A stretch of DNA of 64,000 bases from assembly GCA_018971045.1 (NCBI GenBank), contig JAGWVF010000004.1, forward strand, positions 8,535 through 72,534, read 5' to 3'. Positions 16,835-26,572 of this stretch are shown piece after piece; positions within the stretch are counted from its first letter, which is position 1, and each line of letters opens with the position of its first letter. Source of the stretch: Patescibacteria group bacterium (lineage in GTDB: Bacteria; Patescibacteriota; Minisyncoccia; Phycocordibacterales; Phycocordibacteraceae). Made by a program: the position numbers and the translations under genes. The notes below the pieces were generated by a model. The model worked only from the letters and a program-made list of their open reading frames with translations, was not told where the DNA came from and made no database searches.

Positions 16835-17920
16835 ATGGCGAAAGATTATTACGCCGTACTCGGCGTCGACAAGAAAGCGACGCAAGACGATATTAAGAAG
16901 GCGTTTCGCAAACTCGCGCACAAGTACCATCCCGATAAAGGAGGCACGGACGAGTCAAAGTTTAAAGAGATCACCGAAGCCTATTCTATTCTCAGCGACG
17001 ACAAGAAACGCCGCGAGTACGACGCGTACGGCCAAGCCTTTCCGGGAGGACATCCGGGCGGCGCCGGCGCCGGGCAAAACCCGTTCGGGGGATTCGATTT
17101 CTCCCAGTTTCAGCAGGGGTTCGGCGGCGCGGAGTTTGACTTCGGCGATATTTTCAGCGATATCTTTGGCGGCCGCGGCGGAGCGTCGCGGGGCTCTCTA
17201 CGAGGACGCGACATTTCAATCGATCTCGAGATTCCCTTTAAGGATGCCGCATTCGGCACTCATCGCACCGTACTTATCGCGAAAGTCTCGACCTGCGCCG
17301 TCTGCCACGGTACCGGAGGGAAATCGGGCGCCGAATTGCTCACCTGCGCCGCCTGCAACGGCAGCGGCAAGATCCACGAAACGCGCCGTTCGATTCTCGG
17401 CCAGTTCTCAAGCGTGCGCGCGTGCGACGTCTGCGACGGCAGCGGAAAAATCCCGAAAGAAAAATGCGCTGAGTGCAAGGGCCATGGAGTGAAGCGGAAA
17501 GAGGAAGAGATCAAGGTGAACATTCCCGCAGGAATCGATAACGGCGAGATGATCCGCATGCCCGGTCAGGGCGAGGCGATAAAGGGCGGCGTTGCTGGCG
17601 ATTTGTACGTGAAGGTCCACGTGAAGCCGCACCCGATCTTTCGCCGCGACGGGTATAATCTCGTAATGCATGTGCCGGTGAAGTTAACCGATGCTCTCTT
17701 GGGGACTACCGTCTCAATTGAATCCTTGGAGGGGAAGACGCTTGAAGTGAAGATTCCAGTGATGCGCCGCGCGGAAGAGCTGTTGCGGGTCGCGGGGAAG
17801 GGGATCCCGAGCGGCGGAAGTCGGGGTGATCTCATCATCCATCTTGAAGTCGCGCTTCCGCACAAGCTGTCGGGCAAGGCGAAGAAATCGGTTGAGGAAT
17901 TAAAATCCGAGGGACTCTAA
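16835..17920 (+). CDS. dnaJ: Chaperone DnaJ
   Basis: J domain with HPD, G/F region, four CxxCxGxG repeats. Confidence 0.97.
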   Translation: MAKDYYAVLGVDKKATQDDIKKAFRKLAHKYHPDKGGTDESKFKEITEAYSILSDDKKRREYDAYGQAFPGGHPGGAGAGQNPFGGFDFSQFQQGFGGAEFDFGDIFSDIFGGRGGASRGSLRGRDISIDLEIPFKDAAFGTHRTVLIAKVSTCAVCHGTGGKSGAELLTCAACNGSGKIHETRRSILGQFSSVRACDVCDGSGKIPKEKCAECKGHGVKRKEEEIKVNIPAGIDNGEMIRMPGQGEAIKGGVAGDLYVKVHVKPHPIFRRDGYNLVMHVPVKLTDALLGTTVSIESLEGKTLEVKIPVMRRAEELLRVAGKGIPSGGSRGDLIIHLEVALPHKLSGKAKKSVEELKSEGL

Positions 17921-17939
17921 AATAGCGTATACTGCGGCT

Positions 17940-18461
17940 ATGCCAGATGCCACCAGCATTGCCGAGGTTACCACGATCGCGGCGCCGATCGCGATGAACG
18001 TATGGAATTCGATAAGCGATTTCGTCATCATTCTGGTAATGGTGCTCGTGTTCGTGATGTTCTCGCGCTACGTCGGGCGCGGACCCTTCGTCGGCGTCAT
18101 CCTTTCCTTCTATACCGCCTACGCGCTCTACATCGCCTTCCCCTATATGGGATTTCTCCCGACGGCGCCCGCGATCACCGCAGTCGCGGCGCATGCCGGT
18201 CTATATCTCGGACTCGTGGCTGTTTTTTATATCATTATGCGCCGCGTCGTCGTCTCTGACTTTCTCTATATCGGCTCTCTTGGGCTCATATTGCTCTCGT
18301 TTGCCGCGGCGGCGTTTCTTATCGCCCTCGCGTATCAACTCTTCGATATTTCGACGGTGTATCGCTTCACTCCGGCGATCAACATGCTTTTCGCGCCGAA
18401 GGAATACTTCTTCTGGTGGTTTCTCGCGCCGACGGTCGGACTCTTTATCTTCGCGAAGTAG
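17940..18461 (+). CDS. Hypothetical integral membrane protein
   Basis: About 5 hydrophobic segments; TATACT 6 nt upstream. Confidence 0.75.
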   Translation: MPDATSIAEVTTIAAPIAMNVWNSISDFVIILVMVLVFVMFSRYVGRGPFVGVILSFYTAYALYIAFPYMGFLPTAPAITAVAAHAGLYLGLVAVFYIIMRRVVVSDFLYIGSLGLILLSFAAAAFLIALAYQLFDISTVYRFTPAINMLFAPKEYFFWWFLAPTVGLFIFAK

Positions 18462-18476
18462 TGGTATAGTCATCGC

Positions 18477-19730
18477 ATGACCTTTGTCGAGGAACTCAAG
18501 GAGCGCGGATTGATAGAACACTTCTCTACTCAGCCTGAAAAGATCTTTGCCGAACCGCGAACGGTGTATCTCGGCATTGATCCGACCGCCGATTCGATAC
18601 AGATCGGGAATCTCGCGGTCGTGCTCCTCATGCGCCGTTTGGGCGAAGCGGGGCATACGCTTATTTTCTTGGTGGGCGGCGGGACGGGCCTTATCGGTGA
18701 TCCCAAAGAGAAAGGAGAGCGGGTCATGCTGGATGAGAAAACAGTGGCGGCCAATACGCGCGCGCTCGAAAAACAATTGAGATCGCTTCTCGGCCGACTC
18801 CCGTTCAGAATGGTGAACAATGCCGACTGGCTTATGAAAGTCTCGCTCGTTCCTTTTCTTCGCGATATCGGAAAATATTTTACGGTCAACGATCTCGTGA
18901 AGCGTGACATTATCAAGAAACGGCTTGACGCTCCCGACGAGAGCATCTCCTACACCGAGTTTACCTACGCGCTCCTCCAAGGGTACGACTATTTCGTGCT
19001 CCATGAGAAATACGGCGCCGATCTCCAAGTCGGCGCCTCGGACCAATGGACGAATATCCTCTCGGGCGTCGATCTTATTCATAAGAAGCTCGGAAAAGAG
19101 GCGTACGCTTTCACGATGCCGCTCGTGACTGATGTAAACGGCAAGAAATTCGGCAAGAGCGAGGGAAATGCCGTCTGGCTTGATCCCAAGAAGACATCTC
19201 CTTTCCAATTCTACCAATTTTGGGTTAATCTCCCCGATACGAATATCGAACGATATCTCAAGATCTACACCTCACTCCCGCTGAACGAAATCGCCGCGCT
19301 CATGGAGCTCCACGGTCGGAATCCTGGGGAGCGCCAGGCGCAAGAGACGCTCGCGCGGATCGTTACCGAAACGGTACATGGTCCGGCGGCGGCGGCGCAA
19401 GCCGCCGCCGCCGCCGATGCGCTCTTCGGCGAAACGCCCTTTCATGAGCTCGCGCGCGAGGCGCTCCAGGTCGCGCTTAGCGAAGCGCCTTCGATAGCGC
19501 TCGCTCGGAGCGATATCGAGAAGGGATATGCTCTTTCTGAAGCGCTCGTCGCGGGCGGTCTCGCCTCGTCAAAGTCTGACGCGCGCCGCTTAATAGAAGG
19601 GAAGGCCGTTACGCTTGGCGGCCTTCCGATCGAGAATCCGGATCAGAAGATCGCGCCGGGCGATCTCGCGACCGGCTATGCGCTCGTGCGCAAGGGCAGA
19701 CAGGGCGTGCTCCTTCTCGTTTTGAAATAA
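18477..19730 (+). CDS. tyrS: Tyrosine--tRNA ligase
   Basis: YLGIDPTA.S.QIGN, Y.LLQGYD, DQW.NI, KFGKS, S4-like C-terminal domain. Confidence 0.97.
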   Translation: MTFVEELKERGLIEHFSTQPEKIFAEPRTVYLGIDPTADSIQIGNLAVVLLMRRLGEAGHTLIFLVGGGTGLIGDPKEKGERVMLDEKTVAANTRALEKQLRSLLGRLPFRMVNNADWLMKVSLVPFLRDIGKYFTVNDLVKRDIIKKRLDAPDESISYTEFTYALLQGYDYFVLHEKYGADLQVGASDQWTNILSGVDLIHKKLGKEAYAFTMPLVTDVNGKKFGKSEGNAVWLDPKKTSPFQFYQFWVNLPDTNIERYLKIYTSLPLNEIAALMELHGRNPGERQAQETLARIVTETVHGPAAAAQAAAAADALFGETPFHELAREALQVALSEAPSIALARSDIEKGYALSEALVAGGLASSKSDARRLIEGKAVTLGGLPIENPDQKIAPGDLATGYALVRKGRQGVLLLVLK

Positions 19731-19759
19731 TCGCGCTTTACGATATACTGACGCGGATC

Positions 19760-19846
19760 GCGTCGGTGGTAGAGTGGTCAATTACAACAGGCTGTAAACC
19801 TGTCGGGCATAGCCCTACGTTGGTTCGAATCCAACCCGGCGCACCA
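19760..19846 (+). tRNA. tRNA-Tyr(GTA)
   Basis: Acceptor GCGTCGG/CCGGCGC+ACCA, anticodon arm ACAGG-CTGTAAA-CCTGT, long variable arm, TTCGAAT T-loop. Confidence 0.96.
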
Positions 19847-19913
19847 AGAAGCGAGAATAGAGACAACCCTTGAGCAATATGCGAAAGAGCGCGCCGCATG
19901 ATATCGTAAGGTT

Positions 19914-20873
19914 ATGGCACAGAAGAATCCCGTCCTCGTCTCCGCTATCAAGCCGACCGGCGATCTGCATATCGGCAACTATTTTGGCGTGATGCGCCAG
20001 CTGGTTGAGCTCACGAAAGAAGGGAGATACCGCCCGTACATCTTTGTCGCCGACTACCATGCGCTGAACACGATGCAGGACGCCGAAGAGATGCGTCGCC
20101 GCACCCGGGAGGTCGTGCGCGCTTACCTCGCCATCGGTCTTGACCCGGAGCAGGCCGTCTTCTTTAAGCAGTCGGACATACCCGCCCACACCGAACTCGC
20201 GTGGATATTCGACACGCTCACCACGATGCCGTACCTTATGCGCGCGCACGCGTTTAAGGATGCCGAGGCGAGGAATAAAGAGATTAACGTCGGCACTTTT
20301 AATTACCCGATGCTGATGGCCGCCGACATTCTCCTCTACGACGCGACCGTCGTGCCGGTCGGAGCCGATCAGAAACAGCATATCGAGATCGCCCGCGATA
20401 CGGCCGAGAAATTTAACCGCGTATATAAAGACGATGTGTTCACCCTGCCCGAGCCGTACATTCTCCCCGAAGTCGCGGTGGTGCCCGGGACCGACGGACA
20501 GAAGATGAGCAAGAGTTACGGCAATGTCATTCCGCTCTTTGCCTCTCGCGACGACATCAAGAAAGCAGTGATGAGCATCGTCACGGATTCGACAGGCGAA
20601 CGACCTGAGAACGTGTATCACATTCACAAGCTCGTTCGGAGCGTAAATGAGCTTGACGCGCTGTATGCCGAGCATGCGGGGAATTATAAGGCGCTGAAAG
20701 AGATGCTCATCGAAGATCTCGACCGCTACTTCGCGCCCATCCGCGCCAAGTACGAAGTATTAGGAGATAATCCAGACATCATTCACGATGTTCTCGCACG
20801 GGGGAAGGCAGAGGCTCGAGCCGTGAGCGAAGAGAAAATGGAGCGCGTACGCGCCGCGATAGGAGTAGCATAA
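19914..20873 (+). CDS. trpS: Tryptophan--tRNA ligase
   Basis: PTG.LHIGNY, YP.LMAADIL, VPVG.DQ.QH.E, KMSKS. Confidence 0.97.
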   Translation: MAQKNPVLVSAIKPTGDLHIGNYFGVMRQLVELTKEGRYRPYIFVADYHALNTMQDAEEMRRRTREVVRAYLAIGLDPEQAVFFKQSDIPAHTELAWIFDTLTTMPYLMRAHAFKDAEARNKEINVGTFNYPMLMAADILLYDATVVPVGADQKQHIEIARDTAEKFNRVYKDDVFTLPEPYILPEVAVVPGTDGQKMSKSYGNVIPLFASRDDIKKAVMSIVTDSTGERPENVYHIHKLVRSVNELDALYAEHAGNYKALKEMLIEDLDRYFAPIRAKYEVLGDNPDIIHDVLARGKAEARAVSEEKMERVRAAIGVA

Positions 20874-20944
20874 CCATTTTATGAAGCGAACGCTTTCCGC
20901 GACCGGTACCGGAGTCAGGTTCCTGCTACACTATATAGAACGGT

Positions 20945-21667
20945 ATGCCATTTCACATCAAGACCGAACAGTACGAAGGGCCGTTTGAGGTCCTGCTCGA
21001 TCTCATTGAAGCGCGAAAGCTTCTCGTAAACGATTTTGCGCTCGCGCATATCACCGAAGATTTTATCCAGCACGTGCGCGCGCAGGAAGCATTTCCCGTC
21101 GAAGAAACGGCGAATTTTATTCAGATCGCCGCGACGCTTCTCCTCATCAAATCAAAATCGCTCATTCCCGACCTCATCCTTTCCGAAGACGAGAACGCCG
21201 ATGTCGAGGATTTGAAGCGCCGCCTCGAAGCCTATGAGAAAGTGCGCGAGGCGGCGCGCGAGTTTGCGCGTCTCTTCGGCGAGAGGATACTGATGCCTTC
21301 CGGCGAACGCGCTCCCGAGCCATTCTTCTCTCCCGCCCGCGATTTCTCGAAGGGCGCGCTCGCTGAAGCGCTTCGGCGGATGCTCGCCGCGCGTGAAGCA
21401 GTCGAGCGGCTGCCCGAAGCGCGCGTAAAACCGATCGTCACGATTGAAGAAATGATGGATCGGCTCGCGAAACGCGTACAGAGCGCGATGACGCTCTCAT
21501 TTAAGGATTTTGCCGGCGACGTTCGGGAAAAGGTCGAGGTGATCGTTTCCTTCCTCGCTCTTCTTGAGCTCGTGAAGCAGGGCGCCGTCGCGGCCGAGCA
21601 GTACGGACCGCACGGCGACATCCGCATCAGTCATACGGCCTCTTCCGCCGTTCCGCGGTACGGATGA
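20945..21667 (+). CDS. scpA: Segregation and condensation protein A
   Basis: EGP...LL.LI, A.LL.IKSK.L.P, V.FLALLEL.K. Confidence 0.92.
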   Translation: MPFHIKTEQYEGPFEVLLDLIEARKLLVNDFALAHITEDFIQHVRAQEAFPVEETANFIQIAATLLLIKSKSLIPDLILSEDENADVEDLKRRLEAYEKVREAAREFARLFGERILMPSGERAPEPFFSPARDFSKGALAEALRRMLAAREAVERLPEARVKPIVTIEEMMDRLAKRVQSAMTLSFKDFAGDVREKVEVIVSFLALLELVKQGAVAAEQYGPHGDIRISHTASSAVPRYG

Positions 21668-21728
21668 GTACGGCATCCCCAGGCAGGCGCGTTGCGAGGG
21701 AAGAAGAGAGCGACTACAATGGAGAGCG

Positions 21729-22280
21729 ATGCTAACGCCTCCCGCCGCCGTTCACGCCCTTCTCTTTACCGCCAGCGGCCCCCTCGAGAAAAAGCAGATC
21801 GAGACGCTCCTTGCGCTTGACACGAAGGAGCTCGATCTTGCGCTTCATGCGGTTTCGGAGTTCCTGAAGGGGAGCGGCGTCGCGCTCCTTGAGACCGATG
21901 CCGAAGTCGAGCTGCGAACGAGCCCCGAGGCCGAGCCGATCGTAAAGAAGCTCCGCGAGAACGAGCGAGCGCGCGATCTCGGAAAGGCCGGTCTCGAGAC
22001 GCTTGCGATCATCGCCTATCAGGAAGGGGCGACGCGTAGCGAGATCGATTGGCTGCGCGGAGTCAATTCTTCGACCTCGTTGCGCACGCTCCTTATGCGC
22101 GGGCTCATCGAGGGAAGGGAAGACCCGAAGGACAAGCGGCGCGCGCGTTACCGCTTGACCACGGAAGCGCTCGCTCATCTGGGCATTCGGAACGCGGGAG
22201 AATTGCCTCGCGCAGCCGAACTTCGTCCGAACGTCGCCGCTCTCATTGAACGCGAGGCGCCTCCTAAGGCTGTTGAATAA
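21729..22280 (+). CDS. scpB: SMC-Scp complex subunit ScpB
   Basis: LETLAIIAY, TR.EI...RGVNS, L.RGLI. Confidence 0.92.
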   Translation: MLTPPAAVHALLFTASGPLEKKQIETLLALDTKELDLALHAVSEFLKGSGVALLETDAEVELRTSPEAEPIVKKLRENERARDLGKAGLETLAIIAYQEGATRSEIDWLRGVNSSTSLRTLLMRGLIEGREDPKDKRRARYRLTTEALAHLGIRNAGELPRAAELRPNVAALIEREAPPKAVE

Positions 22281-22291
22281 TTCGCATCATT

Positions 22292-23242
22292 ATGGACACC
22301 TCGGAACTTCAACAGCTCGCGCAGCGTTCCCGTCTGACGCGCGAAATGGGCATCGGGATACTCCTGGCTTCCGGCGTTCTGGCGCTCTTCCTTCGCGTGC
22401 CGCTCGATCTCGGTCGACAGAGCGGTCCGACGCCGATATCCATCGCGACGTCGACGGCGCCAAACGCATTCTCAAACGTCCCGCTTATCGCAAAGGCGGC
22501 GATCGTCTATGACCTCGCCACTCAAGAAACGCTGTATGAAAAGAATGCCGACGCGCAGCTTCCGCTCGCCTCGCTCACCAAACTGCTTACGGTCTATGCC
22601 GCGTTGTCTGAATTATCGCCGACTACGCCTATCACCATATCCGCAGACGAAACTCAACTTGATCCGCCGAGAATGTTCCGTGCGGGACAAGTCTTTTCGC
22701 TCGACGATCTCGCGCGCTTGACGCTCACCGCATCCCTCAATGACGGCGCCGCCGCCATTCTCGACGCGACTGCGGCGCGCGAGAACCGAACCCAAACGGC
22801 CGCGCTTGCCGGCGCCGCCGCCGCGCTTAACCTCTCGCAGACCTATGCGGTCAACGGTAATGGCCTCGATACGAGCGCGGTGATCTCAGGGGGGTACGGC
22901 TCCGCGCATGATCTGGCGCTTCTTGCCGGCGCGCTCGTGCGCCTCGCCCCTCAAATCACTGATGCCACCACGAAGCGCACCGCCGTCGCGGCTTCGCGAG
23001 GCGGAACCGTCTTTACCGCGCAAAACACCGATCCCGTTGTCGGCTCGTTGCCGCACATGCTGCTGTCAAAAACCGGCTACACCGATCTCGCCGGCGGCAA
23101 TCTCGCGCTCGTTTTCGATGTCGGTATCGGACACCCCATCGCCGTCATCGTCCTCGGTTCTTCGAAGGAGGCGCGCTTCACGGACGGCACGGCGCTCGTT
23201 GACGCGACGCTCGCGCACTTTGCGGGCATCGCTTCTCTATGA
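22292..23242 (+). CDS. D-alanyl-D-alanine carboxypeptidase (peptidase S11)
   Basis: ASLTK (SxxK), SLN (SxN), KTGYT; N-terminal TM. Confidence 0.88.
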   Translation: MDTSELQQLAQRSRLTREMGIGILLASGVLALFLRVPLDLGRQSGPTPISIATSTAPNAFSNVPLIAKAAIVYDLATQETLYEKNADAQLPLASLTKLLTVYAALSELSPTTPITISADETQLDPPRMFRAGQVFSLDDLARLTLTASLNDGAAAILDATAARENRTQTAALAGAAAALNLSQTYAVNGNGLDTSAVISGGYGSAHDLALLAGALVRLAPQITDATTKRTAVAASRGGTVFTAQNTDPVVGSLPHMLLSKTGYTDLAGGNLALVFDVGIGHPIAVIVLGSSKEARFTDGTALVDATLAHFAGIASL

Positions 23243-24315
23243 TCACGAGCAATATTATTAAAGTATTCATTCCCGCATCGGCGGCGTTCGCGGTCGGCAT
23301 CGCTTTCGCGCCGCTCTTAACGCACTATCTCTACAAATATCGCGTGTGGAAGAAGGTTGTCGCGAAGACGGCGCTCGACGGAACGCCCGCGGTCGAGTTC
23401 ATCAATTTACGGACGACGGCTCATTCGGGAACCGAGACGTCAACGCCGCGCATGGGCGGCATTCTTATCTGGGCGAGCGTTCTCTTTGTGACAATCGGGA
23501 TTTGGGGCATCGCGCGCGCCACGCCTTTTCTTTTCTTTGACAAGCTCGACTTCCTGAGCCGCAGTCAAACGTGGATTCCACTTCTCACGCTGGTAGCCGG
23601 AGGCGTCATGGGATTTATGAATGACCTGCTCGACATCCGGCCTTCAGGCGAGCGCGGTATCGCGCTTCGCGTGCGCCTCCTCTTCGTCACGCTCGTCGCG
23701 CTCTTTATTGGATTTTGGTTTTACGTCAAACTCGGAGTGGCGACGATTGCCGTGCCCGGCATCGGCGCGTTTGCGGTTGGCGCCGGCATTATTCCCCTGT
23801 TCATTATCGTCTCGCTTTGTCTCTATGCGGGCGGCGTTATTGACGGCATTGACGGACTTTCGGGCGGCATATTCGCGAGCGCGTACATGGCGTATGCGGG
23901 CATCGCGTATTTCCAAAACCAGATCAACCTCGCGGCGTTTTGCGCGACGATCGCCGGCGCGATACTCGCCTTTCTTTGGTTCAATATTCCGCCCGCCCGC
24001 TTCTGGATGACCGAAACAGGAACGATGGGGCTTACGATGACGCTCGCGGTGGTCGCGTTTTTGACCGATACGTCCGGAGACGGCTACGGCATCGTCGCGC
24101 TGCCGATCATCGCATTCCCGCTTATGGTTACCGTCGCATCAAATGTTATTCAAGTCGCTTCAAAAAAATTCCGCGGGAAAAAAGTGTTCCGCATCGCGCC
24201 TCTGCACCATCATTTTGAAGCGATTGGCTGGCCTTCCTACAAAATCACGATGCGCTACTGGATTATTTCGATTATTTGCGCCATTGTCGGCATGACTGTC
24301 GCGCTTCTGAAATGA
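23239..24315 (+). CDS. mraY: Phospho-N-acetylmuramoyl-pentapeptide transferase
   Basis: TP.MGG, DGIDGL, FN.PPA, APLHHHFE..GW. Confidence 0.93.
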   Translation: MITSNIIKVFIPASAAFAVGIAFAPLLTHYLYKYRVWKKVVAKTALDGTPAVEFINLRTTAHSGTETSTPRMGGILIWASVLFVTIGIWGIARATPFLFFDKLDFLSRSQTWIPLLTLVAGGVMGFMNDLLDIRPSGERGIALRVRLLFVTLVALFIGFWFYVKLGVATIAVPGIGAFAVGAGIIPLFIIVSLCLYAGGVIDGIDGLSGGIFASAYMAYAGIAYFQNQINLAAFCATIAGAILAFLWFNIPPARFWMTETGTMGLTMTLAVVAFLTDTSGDGYGIVALPIIAFPLMVTVASNVIQVASKKFRGKKVFRIAPLHHHFEAIGWPSYKITMRYWIISIICAIVGMTVALLK

Positions 24316-24316
24316 T

Positions 24317-25414
24317 ATGAAATCGATTTCGAGCGATCGGATTTTCGTGCTTCTCGTCGTTATCATCACGCTTGCCGGACTCGCCATCTTCTCGTCAGCG
24401 GCGCTCGGACTGCTCGCTCGCGAAAACAGCTCGATCTCAAAAGACATCTTGCTCCAAGCGGGATTTGGCCTCGGCTTTGGACTGTTCGCGTTCCTTGCCG
24501 CGCGCATGGTGCCGCTGTCATGGATACGCCGCCGCGCGCTCGCCATCTACGGCGCGACGCTACTCTTTACCGCGATGGTCTTCGTTCCGGGGATCGGATT
24601 TCATTCGGGCGGCGCGACGCGTTGGATCAATCTCGGCATCACGACCATTCAACCGGCGGAGTTCCTCAAGATCGGGTGCGTCATCGCGCTTGCCGCATGG
24701 CTCGCGCCGAGAGCCCGTCAGCTCGCGAATATGAAAAAGGGACTTCTGCCGTTCAGCTTATTGCTCGCTGTTTCCGCTGCGGTCCTGCTCGCCCAACCGA
24801 ATACGTCAACGACGATGCTACTTGTCGCCACCGGCTTGACGATGTATTTTGTCGCCGGAGCGCCGCTGCGCGATTTCGGCATTCTCTTATTCGGCGCGAT
24901 TGTGGGGTTCGGCATCGTCGCGCTCGCGCGTCCGTACGTCATGCAGCGCGTCTTGACGTTCCTTCACCCCTCAGACAATGCTTTGAGCAGCGGCTATCAG
25001 ATCCAGCAATCGTTGATCGCCGTCGGATCGGGCGGCGTTTTCGGTCGCGGATTCGGACAGAGTGTCGAGAAGTTCAATTATCTTCCTGAGCCGGACGGAG
25101 ATTCGGTCTTCGCCGTTTTCGCCGAAGAGACGGGTTTCGTCGGATCGGTGATTTTAGTGCTTCTTTTTCTTGTTCTTGCCGCGCGCGGCATCGTCATATC
25201 CGGCAATGCGCGCGATATGTTCGAGGCGCTCGTCGCGTTCGGGTTCTCGTTTCTGATCATGTTGCAGGCGCTTATCAATATCGGGGCGATGCTGGGAATC
25301 ATCCCGCTCACGGGCTTACCGCTTCCGTTTGTCTCGCATGGAGGTACGGCGCTCATGGCCGCGCTCATCATGTGCGGCTTCATTCTAAACGTCGCCGCAC
25401 ATAAATCGGCATAG
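24317..25414 (+). CDS. ftsW: SEDS peptidoglycan glycosyltransferase FtsW
   Basis: GATRW, QPAEF.K, GYQI.QS, LPE...D, P.TG.PLPF.S.GG; between mraY and murG. Confidence 0.9.
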   Translation: MKSISSDRIFVLLVVIITLAGLAIFSSAALGLLARENSSISKDILLQAGFGLGFGLFAFLAARMVPLSWIRRRALAIYGATLLFTAMVFVPGIGFHSGGATRWINLGITTIQPAEFLKIGCVIALAAWLAPRARQLANMKKGLLPFSLLLAVSAAVLLAQPNTSTTMLLVATGLTMYFVAGAPLRDFGILLFGAIVGFGIVALARPYVMQRVLTFLHPSDNALSSGYQIQQSLIAVGSGGVFGRGFGQSVEKFNYLPEPDGDSVFAVFAEETGFVGSVILVLLFLVLAARGIVISGNARDMFEALVAFGFSFLIMLQALINIGAMLGIIPLTGLPLPFVSHGGTALMAALIMCGFILNVAAHKSA

Positions 25415-25432
25415 TATTGTACAATCGTCAGC

Positions 25433-26572
25433 ATGACCATCGCATTTACGGGAGGGGGGACGGGAGGGCATTTTTATCCTATTATCGCCATTGCCGAGGC
25501 GATAAACGATCTCTCGCGCGAGAGACACCTGCTTGCTCCGCGGCTGTATTATCTCGCGCCGACCGCCTTTGATGCCAACGCTCTGTTTGAAAATGGCATC
25601 GGGTATATTTCGATTCCGGCGGGGAAACTGCGCCGCTACGCCTCATTTCTTAATATTTCCGACGCGTTCGTTACGTTCACCGGAATATTCGTGGCGTTCT
25701 TTAAACTGTTGCGCCTCTATCCGGATGTCGTCGTGAGCAAGGGCGGTTACGGCAGTGTACCGACGGTGATCGCCGCGCGGCTGCTCCGCATACCGATCGT
25801 CATTCACGAGTCTGACGCGAAGCCGGGACGCGCGAACCTGTTTGCCGCGAAGTTCGCGACGAAAATCGCCATTTCGTTTGAAAGCGCGGCGCCCTTCTTT
25901 CCGAAGCAGGTTCAATCGAAGATCGCCCGTACGGGCATTCCGATTCGGAAAGCTTTGACTCGTCTCGAGGCGGCGGGCGCCGTGCAGTATCTTCATCTGG
26001 ACCCGACGATGCCTACCGTGCTCATTTTGGGCGGATCGCAGGGCGCGCAGCGAATTAACGAAATGATCTTGAGCGGCCTCATCGAACTCGTGAATCTGGG
26101 TAATATCATCCATCAGACCGGCCGAACCCATTTTAAGAATGTCGAGTCGGTCGCCCGAGTGATTCTTGAGAAGAGTCCGCAGGCGCATCGCTATCACCCG
26201 GTAGATTATTTATCAGAGATTTCGCTCCAACGGGCGGCAGGCGTTGCGCGCGTCGTGGTGTCGCGCGCGGGAGCGAATTCGATCGCTGAAATTGGCATCT
26301 GGAAACGGCCGGCGATCATCATTCCGATCCCCGAATCGATCAGTCACGATCAGCGTTCGAACGCGTACGCGTACGCGCAAACAGGCGCCGCGAGCGTTCT
26401 TGAGGAGGCGAATCTTACGCCCCATGTGCTGGTATCGGAAATACAACGCATTCTGAGCAACCCTGCACTGCAACATCAAATGGCGGAGGCGGCGGCAGGC
26501 TTTACGAATCTCGACGCCGCGCGCACGCTTGCGAACGAAGTGCTGGCGATCGCGCTTGCTCACGAACTATGA
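25433..26572 (+). CDS. murG: Undecaprenyl-PP-MurNAc-pentapeptide GlcNAc transferase
   Basis: GGGTGGH.YP, GGY.S, HE.D..PG.AN, GGSQGA, SRAG, Q..NA. Confidence 0.95.
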   Translation: MTIAFTGGGTGGHFYPIIAIAEAINDLSRERHLLAPRLYYLAPTAFDANALFENGIGYISIPAGKLRRYASFLNISDAFVTFTGIFVAFFKLLRLYPDVVVSKGGYGSVPTVIAARLLRIPIVIHESDAKPGRANLFAAKFATKIAISFESAAPFFPKQVQSKIARTGIPIRKALTRLEAAGAVQYLHLDPTMPTVLILGGSQGAQRINEMILSGLIELVNLGNIIHQTGRTHFKNVESVARVILEKSPQAHRYHPVDYLSEISLQRAAGVARVVVSRAGANSIAEIGIWKRPAIIIPIPESISHDQRSNAYAYAQTGAASVLEEANLTPHVLVSEIQRILSNPALQHQMAEAAAGFTNLDAARTLANEVLAIALAHEL